Shown: piece after piece, positions 49,769 to 64,000 of the stretch
Position numbering within the stretch: position 1 is the first letter of the stretch
How the letters are laid out: each line of letters begins with the position of its first letter
Assembly (NCBI GenBank): GCA_028534125.1
Contig: CM052817.1
Span: 108,068,001 to 108,132,000, forward strand
DNA length: 64,000 nucleotides
DNA from: Lama glama
Lineage: Eukaryota
Direction of reading: 5' to 3'
Made by a program: the position numbers and the translations under genes
Notes under the pieces: generated by a model
Seen by the model: only the letters and a program-made list of their open reading frames with translations
What the model was told of the DNA's origin: nothing
Database searches by the model: none

Positions 49769-50152
49769 AAGGGAAATGGCGATGTGCAGCTAGTAGTTAT
49801 TAATATGAACAGGCACCTTTAAGTAATTCTAAAGGAGTGCCTCACAGCACCTCCTCATTGTCTCGGTTAACACACTCACTAGACCTAACCTGCTGGAATA
49901 TTGGATAGTTAACATTTATTAAACCTGAGTTCCCGAGTCTGGGTTTCACTACGTGCTATGCACTTCCACTGACCAGAACTAAAGACTTTGAACAAAATGC
50001 AAACACAGCTCCCTGGAAACACTAAAGGAAAACAAAAGCAAGCAGATTACGCAAAGGTGTAAAAATTCAAGAAACAACCTGCATGCAGGTGAGCTTCCCA
50101 GTGATCTTTTACTTGGTGGGAATTTGCCCCAAGTGCAGGGTTTGTGTGCCTT

Positions 50153-50216
50153 TGTGTGTGTGTGTGTGTCTGTGTGAGTGTGTGTGTCTGTGTCTGTGTA
50201 TATTAGTGTGTTTGTG
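50153..50216. repeat. Imperfect (TG)n microsatellite
   Basis: TG run interrupted by TC/AG. Confidence 0.85.
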
Positions 50217-50219
50217 AGA

Positions 50220-53200
50220 CTAGTTACAGAACAGTATTGACGCCTGGGCGATCAAACTTCAAGAGAAACCCAGGCTTTTTGTGAAACAAAGGAGACAAAA
50301 GGAGCCTTGCAGCTGCAGAATGGAGGTGGATTCCTTTAGAGGAAAGAGCTGGTGAAGGAGGATCCCTGAATTCTGTGTATGCAGCCACAAAAATGTCAGA
50401 TTAACCCCAAACTAGTCACATGCAGGACAGATCCACATCAGCATAGCGGATGCTTAGAGAACTGAGCTAAAATTTGAACCACCGTCTGTAGAAGGCGAGT
50501 TAGAATTTATGATCTCATGTAACCAGTTCGATTTTCGGTTAATACAAACATCAACATTCTCCAGGGGAGCATTACAGAGAATACACCACATAACAATGTC
50601 CAGATACAATTCAAAGTTATTCAGTGTACAAAGAACTAGGGAAATGCAACAAATTCTCATGGAAAAATACAATCAATAGACACTGGCCTGGAAATGACCG
50701 TGATGTTGGAACCACCACATACTTTTTTTTTGTCTTGTTCTTTTCTATTTGTTTGTTTGTTTCAGGGGGGAGTAATTAAGGTTTTGTTTGTTTCTTTGTT
50801 CATTTGTTTCAATGGGAGTACTGGGGAACTGAACCCAGGACCTCGTGCATGCTAAGCACATACCCCACCACTGGGCTATATCCCTCCCCGCACCTCTATG
50901 ACGCACTTTAAATCAGTTATAAAACTCTGTTTCATGAGGTAAATGAAAGCACACCTTGAAATGTATGAAATACAGGAAATTTCAGCAGAGAATTTGAAAT
51001 TAAAACATAGAACCAAGTGGAAATCTTAAAAGTGGAAAATGCAGTGTCTTAGATACAAACTCAATGAATGGACTTAACAGCAGGATGCAAATAACAGAGG
51101 AAAGAAATAATGGCCAGGAAAGTACAGCAGTGGGAATGGTCCTATTTGAAGGCTAGAGAGGAAGAAAAGATTAGAAGAAATTAGCAGAGTTTCAGGGACC
51201 TGAGGAACAGTGTCAAGCTCTCAAACATCTGTTTAATTGGAGTTCCAGAAAGGGAGGATTAAGACATTGAAACACAAAAGATATACAAATACATAATAGC
51301 CATGAATGCCCCAAACTGGAGGAAGACAGAAATTTACAGAGTGAACAAATTCAGAGCATCTGAATGGGATAAACTTAACAAAAAAAGCATGGATTTTAGA
51401 TGCATCATAATCAAACTGCAAAAAAAAAAAAAAAAAAAAAAAAAAAAGAAGAAGCAAAAAGTCCCGAAAGCAGCTAAAGAAAATTGCACGTTACACATGG
51501 AGAAGAGTTGATTCAAATCACCATCAATTCCTCATCAGAAACCCATGGAGACCAGAAGACTGAGGAAGACCATGTTTAAAGCATTGAAAGGAAGCTTTAT
51601 TTTTTGAAACACATCCTTCAGGAACAAAGAAAAATAACTTCTTTTTCAGATCCCAAGGAGATCAGCTATTAACAAAAAAATCCTAAAGGAAGTTTTTCAG
51701 TCTGAGGGGAAATAATATCAGAAGGAACTTGGTTGTCCAAAAATGAAGGAAAGAATAACAGAAATGTAAATCCCAGGATATATATAAAGACAATTTTTCT
51801 TATAAGTTAAAAAAATACGTTGACTGTTAAAGCAAAATGGCCTGATGTAGTTATCGATACACGCAGATTTAACACATAATACGTATAACATAAAAGCCAG
51901 TAAAGTGTTGACCTATATGTTTGCAAGTTTCTGTAATTTGCATCTAGTAGACTGTAAAATTTTAGGTATTCATTTAGTAATCCATAGAGCAACTACTATA
52001 AAATGTTTGATGAAATACAGCATAAAAGCTAACAGAGTAAAATGAAATATTAAAATATATTTATGGAACACAAAAGAAGTCAGAAAGTTAGGAGCAGACT
52101 AACAAAAGCAGAGAAGAGAAACAGAACATAAATAAATGCGGTAGACCCAAATCCAAATACATCAAACATTGTATTAAATGATAAGGGCTCAAACTCCTCA
52201 ATAAAAGGCAACCCATGACGTAGCATTTTTAAAATCTGAGAGCTTATTGCAAGATGCCTATAAGAGCTGAAAATCAGTAGACAGAATTAGATATCCAATG
52301 CCAGGAGGAAAGACCAGAAGGCTAGGTAACCTGTTTTATGATCTGATGATACAATAGACTTAGAGATGAAGGGTCTCCTCACAGTTACAGAGGGACTGTT
52401 GCTTAAGATAAAAAATAAATCACCAGAAGCATGTACCATCCTAAATTAGCCTGTACCTGATGACAGAGCCTCTACACATGCTGAACAAAAACAGAATTAA
52501 AAAGAAAAACAGAAAATTCCATTATCCCAGTAGATTTTAACCATTCTCTCTCAGTGACTGATAGAACAATTAGCCAAAAACATCAGTAAAATCATAAAAG
52601 ATCTGAACAGCACTATGAACCACCTTGATCTGTGGCCAGCTTCTCCACACGTAGCCTTCTGAAGAACACATGAGCCGTCACAGAGACTGACCACACGCTC
52701 AGAGATTAAACGTCTCCAAATTTAAAGATTATCTTCCTGCAACAAAATTACATTAGAAATGAATAAAGATGAAAACAAAAATAAGAAATAAAAAGTAAGA
52801 AATTAGAAAATATTTTAACGAAAACTCAAAATACCTGGGATTTAAGAACACACTTCTAAGTAATTCAGAAGTCAAATGTGAACTTGCAAGGGAAATTGTA
52901 ATCACAGTGAAATACAACATACCTAAATTTGTGCAATGTAGCTAAAGCAATCCTTAGCAGGGAACTTAACAACATTAAATGCTTATATTAGAAATAGGAA
53001 GGATTTTTTTTAAAAAATCAATAACTATGACCTCGGTTTTACTTTAAGATCAAGATAAAAAAAAAAGAACAATGTAAAGCCAAAGTAAGGAGAGGGAAGG
53101 AAATTATATGCAAAAAAAAAGTAGAAATTAAGAAATCAGTAAACAGACAATGGAGATAATTGGCAAAGATCAGCTGATTCTTTAAAAAGACTAACAAAAT

Positions 53201-55615
53201 CGACCAACCTCTGGCTATTTCATTATAAATCACCAGTATCAGGAATGGAAAGGAATTATTATGACAGATTATACAGTTTAACACCTAAAGTGTCGACACA
53301 CTGAAAAGAATGGAAATTTTCAAAAATACATCCAAACAAAAGAGTCACAATAAGAAACAGAAAACTTAAGTAGTCCTATATCTATTTCTAAATAAATTTA
53401 TTATCAAAAAACTCATCTGAAAGAAATTTCTAGGCCCATATGATTTCACTGGTAAATTCTACCAAACATTCAAGGAGTAAGTAACATCTATGCTACGTAA
53501 TATGTTTTTTAGAAAGTTGCAGGAAGAATCATTTTTTGACTCATTTTATGAAGCCTGTATGAACTTAACTATTAAAACCTGAGAAAGATACTACAAAAAG
53601 GGAACTTTCAGAGCAATGTCACTCATGAATAATTCTTAACAAGGTATTAGAAAATCAAGTCCATCTATACACAAAAAGGATGTCACAGTATGTTCAAGTA
53701 GGTTTATCTCCAGAAAGCAGAGTTGACATAAAATTTTTAAAAATCATTCAATAAAATTTAACATACTTTTTAAAAAAGGAAAAAAAAGACACATGACAAA
53801 TTCAATAGAGTTGAGGGGGAAAAAAGTTTTTGGAGAAATAACACTAATTCATGAGAAAAACCTCCTAGAAAACTAAGAATAATAGACAATTTCCTCAGCA
53901 TGATAAAGGGAATCTATGAAAACCCTTCACCCAACAACACACTTAACGCTAAGAGAATAAGTCCTTTAGTTGAATTAAACTCTTTCCCCTGAGGAAAGGG
54001 AGAAAGCAAGAGTGCTACCTTTGACACTTCTATTCAACATTGTCCTAGAAAAAAAATTATATTATTATAAATAGGCAAAAAACCTGGAAAATAAAATTTA
54101 GAAAAAATCAATTTATGGTAGTACCGAAATCCATGAAATACCTAGGAATATTTCTATCAAAAGACACCTATTACTTCTACACAGAAACTAAAAATCAATG
54201 TGAGAGGTAGAAAGGAAGACCTAAATAAAGGGGGAGACTAAATTCACAGATAAAAAGGCTTAATATTGTTAAGAAGGCACTTGTCCTGAAATGGAGCAAC
54301 AGAATTCTTGTCAAAATTTCCGGTAGTTTTTTTGAAGAAGTTGAAAGCTGATTCTAAAATGTATACAGAAATGCAAAGGACTTGTATATAACAAATAACT
54401 AAAGCAATTATATACGTTACACATGGCATGAATATACATATCATATACATAATAAAATATATGTATTTAAAAATGAACAGAGTTGGTTGACTCTCTATGT
54501 ATGTACAAGAATCAAGACAGTTTGGTGTTGTGAAGAATACAGATCAATGACAGATACGGAGATTCTGGAAGTAGACCCACCTGTATGTGGTTAACTGACT
54601 TGAAGCAAAGATGCCAAGACAACTCAGTGGGATAAGGAAAGCCTTTTCAACAGATGATGCTACATCCACTGGATTTCTATTTTTGGGGAAAAAAAGAGCT
54701 TCACCCCCTAACACTATAAAGAAAAATTAACTTGAAATGAGTCATAGACCTAAATGCAATACTTCGATTTGCAGAAATTCTAAATGAAACTAGAAAATCA
54801 TCATGATCTTGAAGTGGGAAAAGATTCTAATATAAAGTTTAAAAAAATCACAAAACATGAAAGGAAATATATAAATTGGATTTCACTTAAATTAAAATAT
54901 GTTGCTGTTTAAAAGCTACCACAGAGAAATAAAAGGCAAGTCACTGGGAAATACTATTCACAACATACATAGCAGACAGAAGACGTGAATCCTGAATATA
55001 TGAATAGATTTATGACTCAGTCTTACAAAAATTAGTTATCATAGAAATGCAAATTAAAACCACAAACTGAGACAACAGTACTGATTAGATGGACTAAAAA
55101 TAAGAAGACTGGTCAAATCAAGTGTTATTGAAGCTTTTGTGCAACTGAAATGATCACACACGGCTGCAGTGGAATTAAAATGGCACCTCACCTTCAAAAG
55201 CAGCTTGGAATTTTCTTAAAAAGTGAAGCATAAACAAATCAAGTGATGCAGCTCTCCAATTCCTAAGGATTTACCTAAGATAACTGAAAACACGTATCTC
55301 CGGAAAGACATGTACATAAATGTTGTCTGCAACTTTATTCATACTAGCCCCAAACTGGAGACAACCCAAATGTCTATCTTATGAGGGAAGATAAACAAAA
55401 TATGACATATTCAAATAATGGAATATTACTCAATAATAAAAAATGAACTACAGATACATACAGTAATAGGAATGGATCTCAAAACTAAACTTATTATGCT
55501 AATCACTTCATGATGTATGTAATTCAGATCATTGTACTGTACATCTTAAACTTATACAGTGCTCTATGTTAATTGTATCTCAATAAAACTAGAAGGAAGA
55601 AAATAAAACAAGAAA
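50220..55615 (+). mobile_element. Long, old, degraded L1 (5' region, ORF1, ORF2 and 3' remnants)
   Basis: ORF1-like CATCAGAAACCCATGGAGACCAGAAGAC; ORF2 motifs GATTTTAACCATTCTCTCTCAG, TTTCACTGGTAAATTCTACCAAACATT, TTCTATTCAACATTGTCCTAGA, CCCCAAACTGGAGACAACCCAAATGTC; many stops and deletions. Confidence 0.85.
50723..50889 (-). mobile_element. tRNA-Ala-derived SINE (vic-1-like) inserted in the old L1
   Basis: GAACCCAGGACCTCGTGCATGCTAAGCACA...CACTGGGCTATATCCCTCCCC with a T-rich tail. Confidence 0.88.
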
Positions 55616-55649
55616 ATGCTGCAAATAACCATTTGGAAGGGTGATGGGG

Positions 55650-56030
55650 GTTGCTGCAATGGTGGACATGCAAGGGAGGGAATGGATCTGAAATTTAAAA
55701 GTAGCTAGAACAGGTCGTGAAAATTATTCAGATGTCACGGTGGGGAGTTTGTTTGCCATGGAGAGGAAAACTAAAAAAAAGTCCAAAATAATCTTGGATG
55801 ACCTAAAAAAATAATAGTAATGCTGCTGAGAGAATCAGGGATTTAAGTGAAAACCTCTGATTTGGTGGAGAGAACTAGCTTGGGGACAATGGAATGGAGC
55901 TTTTGTACCATCTAAGTAGATGGCTCAGTAGACAAGGGAGGGACAAGTCAGAGCTGGAGGTATTTATTTGGGTGTTAATTCCATGGAAACAGTACTTGAA
56001 GTTCTGACTGAAACACAAGGAATAGTGATA
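55650..56030 (-). mobile_element. L2 fragment
   Basis: AAGTCAGAGCTGGAGGTATTTATTTGGGTGTTAATT...TTGAAG resembles L2. Confidence 0.5.
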
Positions 56031-59000
56031 AGGGTCAGTTTTATCTTTTTCTACATCAATATGCTCCTTTTCCTTTAATTTTCAAAGTACTAGAAAACAG
56101 TATTTTCCTAAGTACAGCAAAGAGATAAAACAAGAATTTTCTAGAAAACATCCTAAGGGTGCTTCAACGGCTATTTTGAAAAACAAAGCCCTCTTTTACA
56201 GGATAGCTCAAGGTTGCTTTGCTTCAAAGCTTTTCTCCGAAGGAAATTATTCCACTCAGCCCCTTATTTCAGATGCGTCTGGTGTTACACCCGTGAGGGG
56301 CTTACAATGTTAAAGGTATTATCATTCAATACTGCACACTATTGAGTTAAGGGACGTCAATCACCACAAAAACCATCTGATGCCTAATAAAAACAAAATC
56401 TTACCCTACCATTCTCATCCTGACCCTGCGAGACATAAAACGTCTGCTCTGTTGAAATATCTATAGGACAACAGAGGATATAACCATCACTCTGTAATAT
56501 CTAGGTCATTTCAAAGGTAACCATACATAGAAAAAGAGAGTTTAAATGAACCACTTGTAAATCCCTTCCATATCTGACCCCACACTGAGCAGAGGCTTAC
56601 TGGCTGCTAGGTACTTTCATTCCCGTAGCATCCTTGAGAGGAGCACAGAGATTGATGGAACTAAATTTATCTGCTGAGCTAACCACAGTGCTACAGATAA
56701 TGCCTCACTCAAGACAGAAGCACTGCAAAAATGGAACAATATATCCTTTTACAAATGTGCTCGCTATCTTTAAAAACATGCTTTTGATGGAGTTTATACC
56801 AAAGAAATGAATTAAAAAAACATTGTACAATGTCCCCCATAAATATGTCATATTTGTCTCTTCCCACCTCAGTCCATATTATTCTTATGGAAAGAAAGAG
56901 TGTTGGGGTGGAAATAAGATAAAAAAGTGACTTGGACGGTTTTATTTCAAAATAACAGAAGGAAGTTAACAGTCTTCGACTCATTCCATTTCCCTCAAGG
57001 TCTTCAGGGCATCGTAGAGAGCTATACTCATCTTCAACTGGCAGTCTGCCGCTCAGCCTCCAAGGACTGCAAACCACTTACAATTTTTAAAGCTGCAATT
57101 TAATCTTCACTAGCCTAGACACCATCACTATTCAGAGGGGAGTTCTAAACTTCAGAACAGTTTTCCAACTTATAACAGAGATACGATTATGTAAAGACTG
57201 ATTCACTTCTTTCTGAAGACCTGTCCCTACCTTTGAGCAGGCCTATTACAAAGTAGTGTGGGAGGAAGATTGTTTTACCTTGAAGAAGAAAATGCATGAC
57301 ATTGTAGAGACAACTGTCCATCATCTCTACAAATAAATAAACATTGTGAACAAGTGTAATCATCATATTCATATAACAACAACTGTATATAAATGGTTAA
57401 GAGAGAAATTCATTTTTCTGTGGGCACGGTACACATAAAAGGATTACAAGTGAGTAATTAGTGCCAAGAATGAATGTTCTGTGGAGCCCGGGGTCTCTGA
57501 TAGCTTGTGTTTTTGGCAAATACTTTAATATTTCTGGGTCCCAATTTTCTTGTTTTTCAGGTCGAAGTTGTGGCTCCAAGGATGCCTGAGAGCATCTTGT
57601 CATAACACTTATGTCTCCCACGATTCTAACACCTTATGTACAGGACTGAGTGAAGAGAATAAGGGAGCAATGCTGCTGTTGAAGACTAGGGTTTTTCCAT
57701 TTTCACAGACTTCGAAATACCATCATCAGCCCTAAATTCCACACACTCTATTTCCTCTCCTTAGCGCTTAGCTGACCTGCGTGCCTATAATGGAGGCTGA
57801 CTTTTTAGGTCCTTACCGAAGGAGATGGTTGCTTCTTTCAGAAAGGGCCTTACACTTCCTAGCAATAAAAATGACCTAGGGAAAGTTTTAAACAAGTGGA
57901 TTTTAGAAATCCTAGGAGCGTGTCCTTTCTTAGAGGTAGACATGGGTCCTGGACCATTTTCCAGAAAGGCTCTAAGATAGGACCATATCTTCCTCCTTTT
58001 CCTTTCTCTTTATGATGACCAAGAGACAAAGGTAGCCCAGGCATTAAGACTGAAGGTTCTAGGGGCAAATGAACCTGCTACTCTGATTATATAATGTGTA
58101 AAGTTTGTCTTAAATTGTCTTCTCTCCCCAGACTTGCAAAACTGTTAAACATCTAACCTTTGAGGTTGTGCAGGATTTGGAGAGAAAGCATTTCCATCTG
58201 CAGGACTGGCAGAGATGTGGGCCCATAAATAAAGGTCTTCAGTCCTTTCATAACTTTGAATCTACCCCTAGGTCTGCCCTTGCCTGTTTTTCTGGGGGCA
58301 AAGATCCTGTCTGAGATGGATGTTGGTGCTTATAAGCAGTCATATAAACCAGATGTTTCAATGACACGTTATCCTAACTGGTGCTCAATTATGCTAAACT
58401 CTTTCCACTTGAAGAATTCTGGAGTGTCGACTGCTAATCACTTAATGTCCTATAGCATTTTTTAAAATGTTCCCTTTGACAGTTATTACATTGAGCAACT
58501 ATTAATCCATTCAGGAAGAGATTTTAGCAAATTTGTACACATTTAGCCACTGGATTTGTTTGGTTTCATTCTGATTATTACTAATACCACTGTCATTTGA
58601 AGTTATTACTAAATTAGCACTGCACAGAATTTGTAAATGTATGTCTTTTCCTAAATGTAAAACTTAATGCTTAGAAGATTATCTTCTTTTTTAAGTTTGT
58701 ATTTGTAATGTTAGATATATAAAAATACATGTATTATATATGTAAGCTATGAAGTAAAACAATTAAATGAACCAGCAGTAAGCTTAGGAGTTAGATTTTA
58801 CCAGCTTTGTTGAATCTATTTCTGTGCTTTTCCACGACCCCATCATCTTGCCTCCTTTAAGGGATAAACACTACTCTGATATATACACATATATTTATTT
58901 TTTTTATCTTTTCCTACTTTCTTTTTGCTCTTAAAAACACAATAATTAGAGCACATATCATATGCTGCATGTATCTCCATATAAAAGTACTTAAAAAGAG

Positions 59001-60574
59001 AGCTTTATTCTAAATTAAAAATAGAACATACATAGAGATCAAGAGTTTGATGATTTGAAATGCCATGTATTTTCAGCGATTTTTTTCCCATATGAACATC
59101 AGATCCCGGTATAACAGATGTTAAAATCTAGTTAAGGCCAAATAAGTATAATCAGCCAAATTCTAATAATTTCTAAAAGAGTTCATTCTATTGACCTGGA
59201 TGGTGCGTGTGTGTTTTCGAACTTTCGTAATTACTTCTTTCGGGTAAGTTTCTCTACATGAGATTGCCATAGGTGATGTGCATGCCACCTTGGGATATAC
59301 ACTGCTTAATCACCTCCAGAAAATTATAAACAGTCCATCAACACTGCATTAGAACACACACTTCTGCACAGAGCATGGTCACTCGTTCTAATCTAAGAAC
59401 CTGGCAGGCAAAACAGAATACTTTAAATCTGCATGTGTTTTTACCAGAAACATTGAATATAGTTTATATAGACTTGCCATTAATATGTAGAGCACGCCTC
59501 TCATCCATATTTCTATTGGTTTGTTCAACTTTTTCTTATTGTTCTCATATATATAAATCAATATTCTGTCATATGCTATTTTATTACATACTATTTAATA
59601 ACATTGATTAATTAAGCCATTATTTCTTTCTTTATTCAAAAAAATACATTTTAATCAAATAATGAGTTCCCGTAAGTAATTTGATCCACATCTGTTCTTT
59701 ACTTACGATTTATATTGGGAACCAGTTTGCTATCTATTTGCTTGGATTTGCTACCTTATTGGTTTGGAATTTTATATAAATAGGTTCCTTTCTCAGATGT
59801 AAGCAACATGGAACAAGAAAGCCATCATCTAGATAACTTAACCAAAAACTAATTTTGAAATATTCACAAAATCAAAGGAAAAGTAGATCTGAAATCTACA
59901 TATTATCACTTACGTGTTAGATATGTTATTCAAATTTGCACACACGGGTTTGAAACTCTTTTCATAATCAATTAGGAACCAGTTGCAATAATAATTGTTA
60001 AATATGTCCCAGTTTCAGCTACATTAACAATTCTATCTTACAAACCCCTAAACTGAAAATACATGTTGGAAAGTAGGAAGACGAGGGTGATGTTTTTAAA
60101 GGCTGACTCTGATTAAATATCCATCACTGTGGAGAAAACCAGACAGCCTTAAAAGAGAATTTTTATTAAAATTGTATTTCTGTGCAGAGGAGGTTGCATC
60201 TTGAAAGTATACCCAGCCTTTGAAAACAGTTGGCAGAAACAAAATGTGCACTGAGATTTGGAAGAAAGAATTATTATTTCCACTTGCCATAAAATGTGCA
60301 AGTTAATAACTGCATTTCTACTCTAACATGATTATAATCTCAGTGAAATGTAATACAACATTACTTTTTTGTTATAATTTTTATTGTTAATCATGCGTAA
60401 GTGGCACCTCCACTTGTTCATCTCCGAGGGGGAAGCTAAAGAGTTGATTCTTGATTGCTGCAGCTTTAGAGTAAGTCCTGAAGGCAAGTAGCAGCAGTCA
60501 CATCCATCCTTTTTCTTCAACATCATGTTGACTGGTCCACATCCTGTGTCATGCCTTAAGAACTTTAGAATCTA

Positions 60575-63400
60575 TCTGTCAATTGTCTATTGGTTTCCTG
60601 TTTTCCATTTTATTAATTTCTACTCTATTTTTTTTTCAATTTCTGTTCTTCTAGAAAGAAAGGTGGAAACTTAGATTGTTGACTGCAGATTTTTCTTCTA
60701 TTCTAATGTATGAATTCAATACTCCAATTTCCCTATAATCATTGTGTTCACTGCGTATCTCAGATTTTGAAGTTGTGTTCTTATTTTCCTTTAGTTCAAA
60801 ATATTTTAAAATTTCTCTTGCAATTTCTCCTTTGATCCATATTTTACATAGAAATGCGTGGTTTAATCTCTGCATATTTGGGAATTCTCCAGCTATTTTT
60901 CAGTTATTGGTTTCTAGTTTAAGTCCACTGTGGTCTGAGAGCAGATATTGTATGATTTCACATCTTTTAAATTTGTTAAGTTGTGTTTTATGGTCCACAA
61001 CACAGTCTATCTTGGCGAATATTCCTCGTAAGCTTAAGAAAAATGTGCATTCTGGTGCTGTTAAATGAAGTAGTCTGCAGACGTCAATTCTATCTGGTTG
61101 ATTGATGGTGTTTAGTGAGTTTAACTCTGTCCTCGCTGATTTTCTGCCTGCTGGATCTGTTCATTTCTGAGAGAAGGGTGTTGAAGTCTCCAGTTCTGAC
61201 AGTAGATTTACCTATTTCTCCTTGCAGCTCTATTAGTTCTTACTTCATGGAGTTTGACCCTGTTGTTAAGCACATACACACTGAGAACTATTACGGTCCT
61301 GGAGAACTGACCCCTTTATCATGTTGTGCCCTTGGTTCCCTGACAGCCTTCCTTACGTTGAAGTCGGCTCTGTCTAAAATTGATGTAGTTACTTTTTCTT
61401 TCCTTTAAATAATATATATATTTTTCTACCCCTTTACCTTTAGTTTATATGTCTTTGTATTTAAAATGGGTTTCTTGTAGACAACAGATAGTTGGGTCAT
61501 GGTTTTTGATTCACTCTGACAGTCTCTGTGTCTTAGTTGGTATATTTAGACCATTGACATTCACAGTGATTATTGACTTAGCCGAATTGATAGCTACCAT
61601 ATATGTCACTATTATCCACTGTTGCCCATGGTCTTAGTTTCTATTCTTGTCTTCTACCCTTTCTCTACCTTTTGTAATTGAAGCTGGGAATTCTATATGA
61701 TTTTCTCTCTTTTCTTGGCATGTATTATACTTCTATTTCACATTTTCAGTGATTGCCCTCGAGTTGGAAGTGCACATTTACAACTAATCCATTCTGCTTT
61801 CAAATAACACTTTACTACTTCATGGCAGTATGTGTGCCTTACAATAACGGAATAATCTGGACCCTTCCTCCTGTCATTTTTATCTGTGCTGTCATTCATT
61901 TCACTTACATATGTGCAGACATAAGCATGTATAATCAAACATGTTGTTGCTGTTATTACAATTGAACAGAATTTTCTGTTAGATCAATTCAGAATAAGAA
62001 AAATAAAAGTTTTATTTACTTATTCCTTCTTCAATGCATATATGTATGTGTGTGTGTTTGTGTATATATATATAAAAATAAGTTTGGTGGGGTTTTTTTC
62101 TCTCCACACTAAATATTTAACCCCACTCTCTTCTTGTTTTCCAGGAGTTAAATCTTGTTCTTATATTTGCTTCCCTGGCTTCTTTCAGAATTTTTTTCTT
62201 TCTCATTGATGTTCTATAATTTGAAAGTAATATGCCTAAGTGTAGGTTTTTTGGTGTTTATCCTTCTCAGTATTCTCTGAGCTTCCTGGTAGTTTGCCGT
62301 CTCATACTACTTTGCAGAAATTCTCAGTAATTATTGTTTTAAATATTTCTTCTGCCTCTCTCTCCCTTCCTTGTCCTTCTGGTGTTCCCATTACGCATAT
62401 GCCCCATAGTCCTTTGGTCTCCTGTTCTGTTTCTTTTCAGCCTTTGTTCTTTTTACTCTTTGGTTTTCAAGGATTCCGTTAGTACGTCCTCTAGGTCAAT
62501 CTTTCCTCAGCCATATCCGATCTACTAATTAGCCCATGAAAGGCATTTTTATTTCTGATACAGTGTTTTTTCTATCTCTAGTGTTTCTTTTCGGTTCCTT
62601 CTCAGGATGTCCATGCCTCTGCCGACACTGACCATGAGTTCTTGCACGCTCTCTACTTTACTTATTAGAGTCCTTAGTGTATTAATCATGGTTGTTTCGA
62701 ACCCCTGCTCTGATCATTCCAATATCCCTGTCATGTCTATCTCTTCAAACTGTGATTTTTACCTTTTGGTGTGTCTTGTGTTTTTCTTCTTGATAACTAA
62801 GCATGATGCCCCAGGTAGAAGGACCTGCTGTAGACATGCCTGCAGTGATGTGGCTGATGGTGGGGGAGAGGAGCATCCTCCAGCCCTGTGACTGGGAGTC
62901 AGTCGTCCTGTGAGCTGGTGCCTCTGCAAGCGTCTCTGTTCTTCTCTCCCCCATTCGGTGGGGCAGGATGGCTAGAGTGGACTGGGGTTGTGTCTTCTCC
63001 TTCCCCCTGGTCAGTTAGCCTTTGATAATAACCCAGCAGGCGAGGCTGTGGTTAACTTGTTCCTCCTGATGGCAGCCTTGTTAAGACGAACACAGTGCTC
63101 TGGTTTATTTCAAAAGGGTCCCCTCTGCTTCCACACCCCCATCCCCCAACTCCCAATATACAACCCAGGGTATTTTTCTCTGATATTTACCATGGGGATC
63201 TGGTCTAGCTCCTGGAGGTAAATCTCAATTACTGTGGGGTCCCCTCTAGTGTCTGGAACCCCTAGAGTTTTAACTCTGAGTTACCTACATTGAGCCTCTA
63301 GCAATTCACCCATCACAGTTTAGGTCTCCTCCCCAGCACTGATGCCCACAGCCATTTCCTCTGTGAGTCTCCACTCTGGAAGCCCCAACCCCCTTGTGCG
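60575..63400 (-). mobile_element. Old L1 (5' region, ORF1 remnants, 5' part of ORF2), antisense
   Basis: The ORF track peptide LNHAFLCKIWIKGEIAREILKYFELKENKNTT...LNSYIRIEEKSAVNNLSFHL matches the L1 ORF2 segment after the endonuclease domain; TTTAAAATGGGTTTCTTGTAGACAACAGATAGTTGG is from the endonuclease N-terminal region. Confidence 0.88.
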
Positions 63401-64000
63401 GATCCCGGTGGGAGGAGAAAGGCGGCGATGGGCCCTGCCCTATGAACTACACCCGCAGTTCTAACGTCAAGGAGCTTTGCTCTTCAGTAACCTTTCCAAA
63501 GATGTCACGATTCATCACTGCTTGCAATCACTTAGTAAACCTGGTTTGTCTGATTGGAAAAGTTAACCCATAGGCTAAGAAAAGCTTATTTATATATCTT
63601 TTTCATTGAATAGAAAAATCATGATAAGTTGTTGACATTGTTTGTTTTTCTGGAGAAGAATCAGAAAGCCCAGGGGCTCTCTGGGCTGCAGGAAGAAAGC
63701 TGAAAGTTCTAGGATTGTGAATTTGGTGACAACCACCCTGCAGGCCCTGGTGGGTCTCGTTTTTGTTTTAGTGTATCCTAGGTTCATCTAGGATAATAAT
63801 CCTGGATCAGGCTTGTATCTAGGCTGCTTTTCTTGTGAGCAGCAAAGCTGTATTTTTCAAAGGTAGCAAAAGACAATTGTGATTTAGGGGAGGAACAGTT
63901 TGACACACAGCTCTCTCTGGCTCCTCCTTCCGAAGCCTCATAAACGTCTTTACAAAGACCTATTCTTCTAAGTTCCTTAGATGTTCTTTTGACAGAATTG

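Noticed and set aside
50220..55615. Potentially active L1 or domesticated ORF
   Set aside because: No long open frame; many stops, deletions and a SINE insertion.
57550..57735. Plus-strand acceptor TTGTTTTTCAG|G with a 61-aa frame
   Set aside because: No convincing donor or homology; such sites are common by chance.
57860..58360. Possible ERVL-type LTR
   Set aside because: AATAAA and a CA terminus are present, but I could not assign a family or boundaries with confidence.

Overview
Repeat-rich, AT-rich mammalian genomic DNA. It is most likely from a camelid (alpaca/llama/camel), because it carries at least seven short tRNA-Ala(AGC)-derived SINEs resembling vic-1, plus young artiodactyl-type L1 3' ends. 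I recognise no host protein-coding gene. The long ORFs in the track come from the 500-N gap, simple repeats or degraded L1 sequence. Much of the window is interspersed repeat: old and young L1, L2, MIR, HAL1-like sequence, LTRs (MaLR MLT1, ERVL MLT2/LTR33, ERV1 MER41-like and MER34-like) and two Tigger/MER2-type MITEs. The non-repeat signals are candidate regulatory elements: a GC-box/CCAAT/GC-box promoter-like segment near 15.1 kb, a CpG-rich patch near 23 kb, an octamer/IRF/AP-1 cluster near 26.7 kb, an RFX X-box at 30.74 kb, and a GAS motif inside a MER41-like LTR. A few splice-site-bounded segments could be non-coding or UTR exons. I found no convincing evidence of a novel biological system. 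Repeat family names were assigned from memory of consensus sequences, and most boundaries are approximate.
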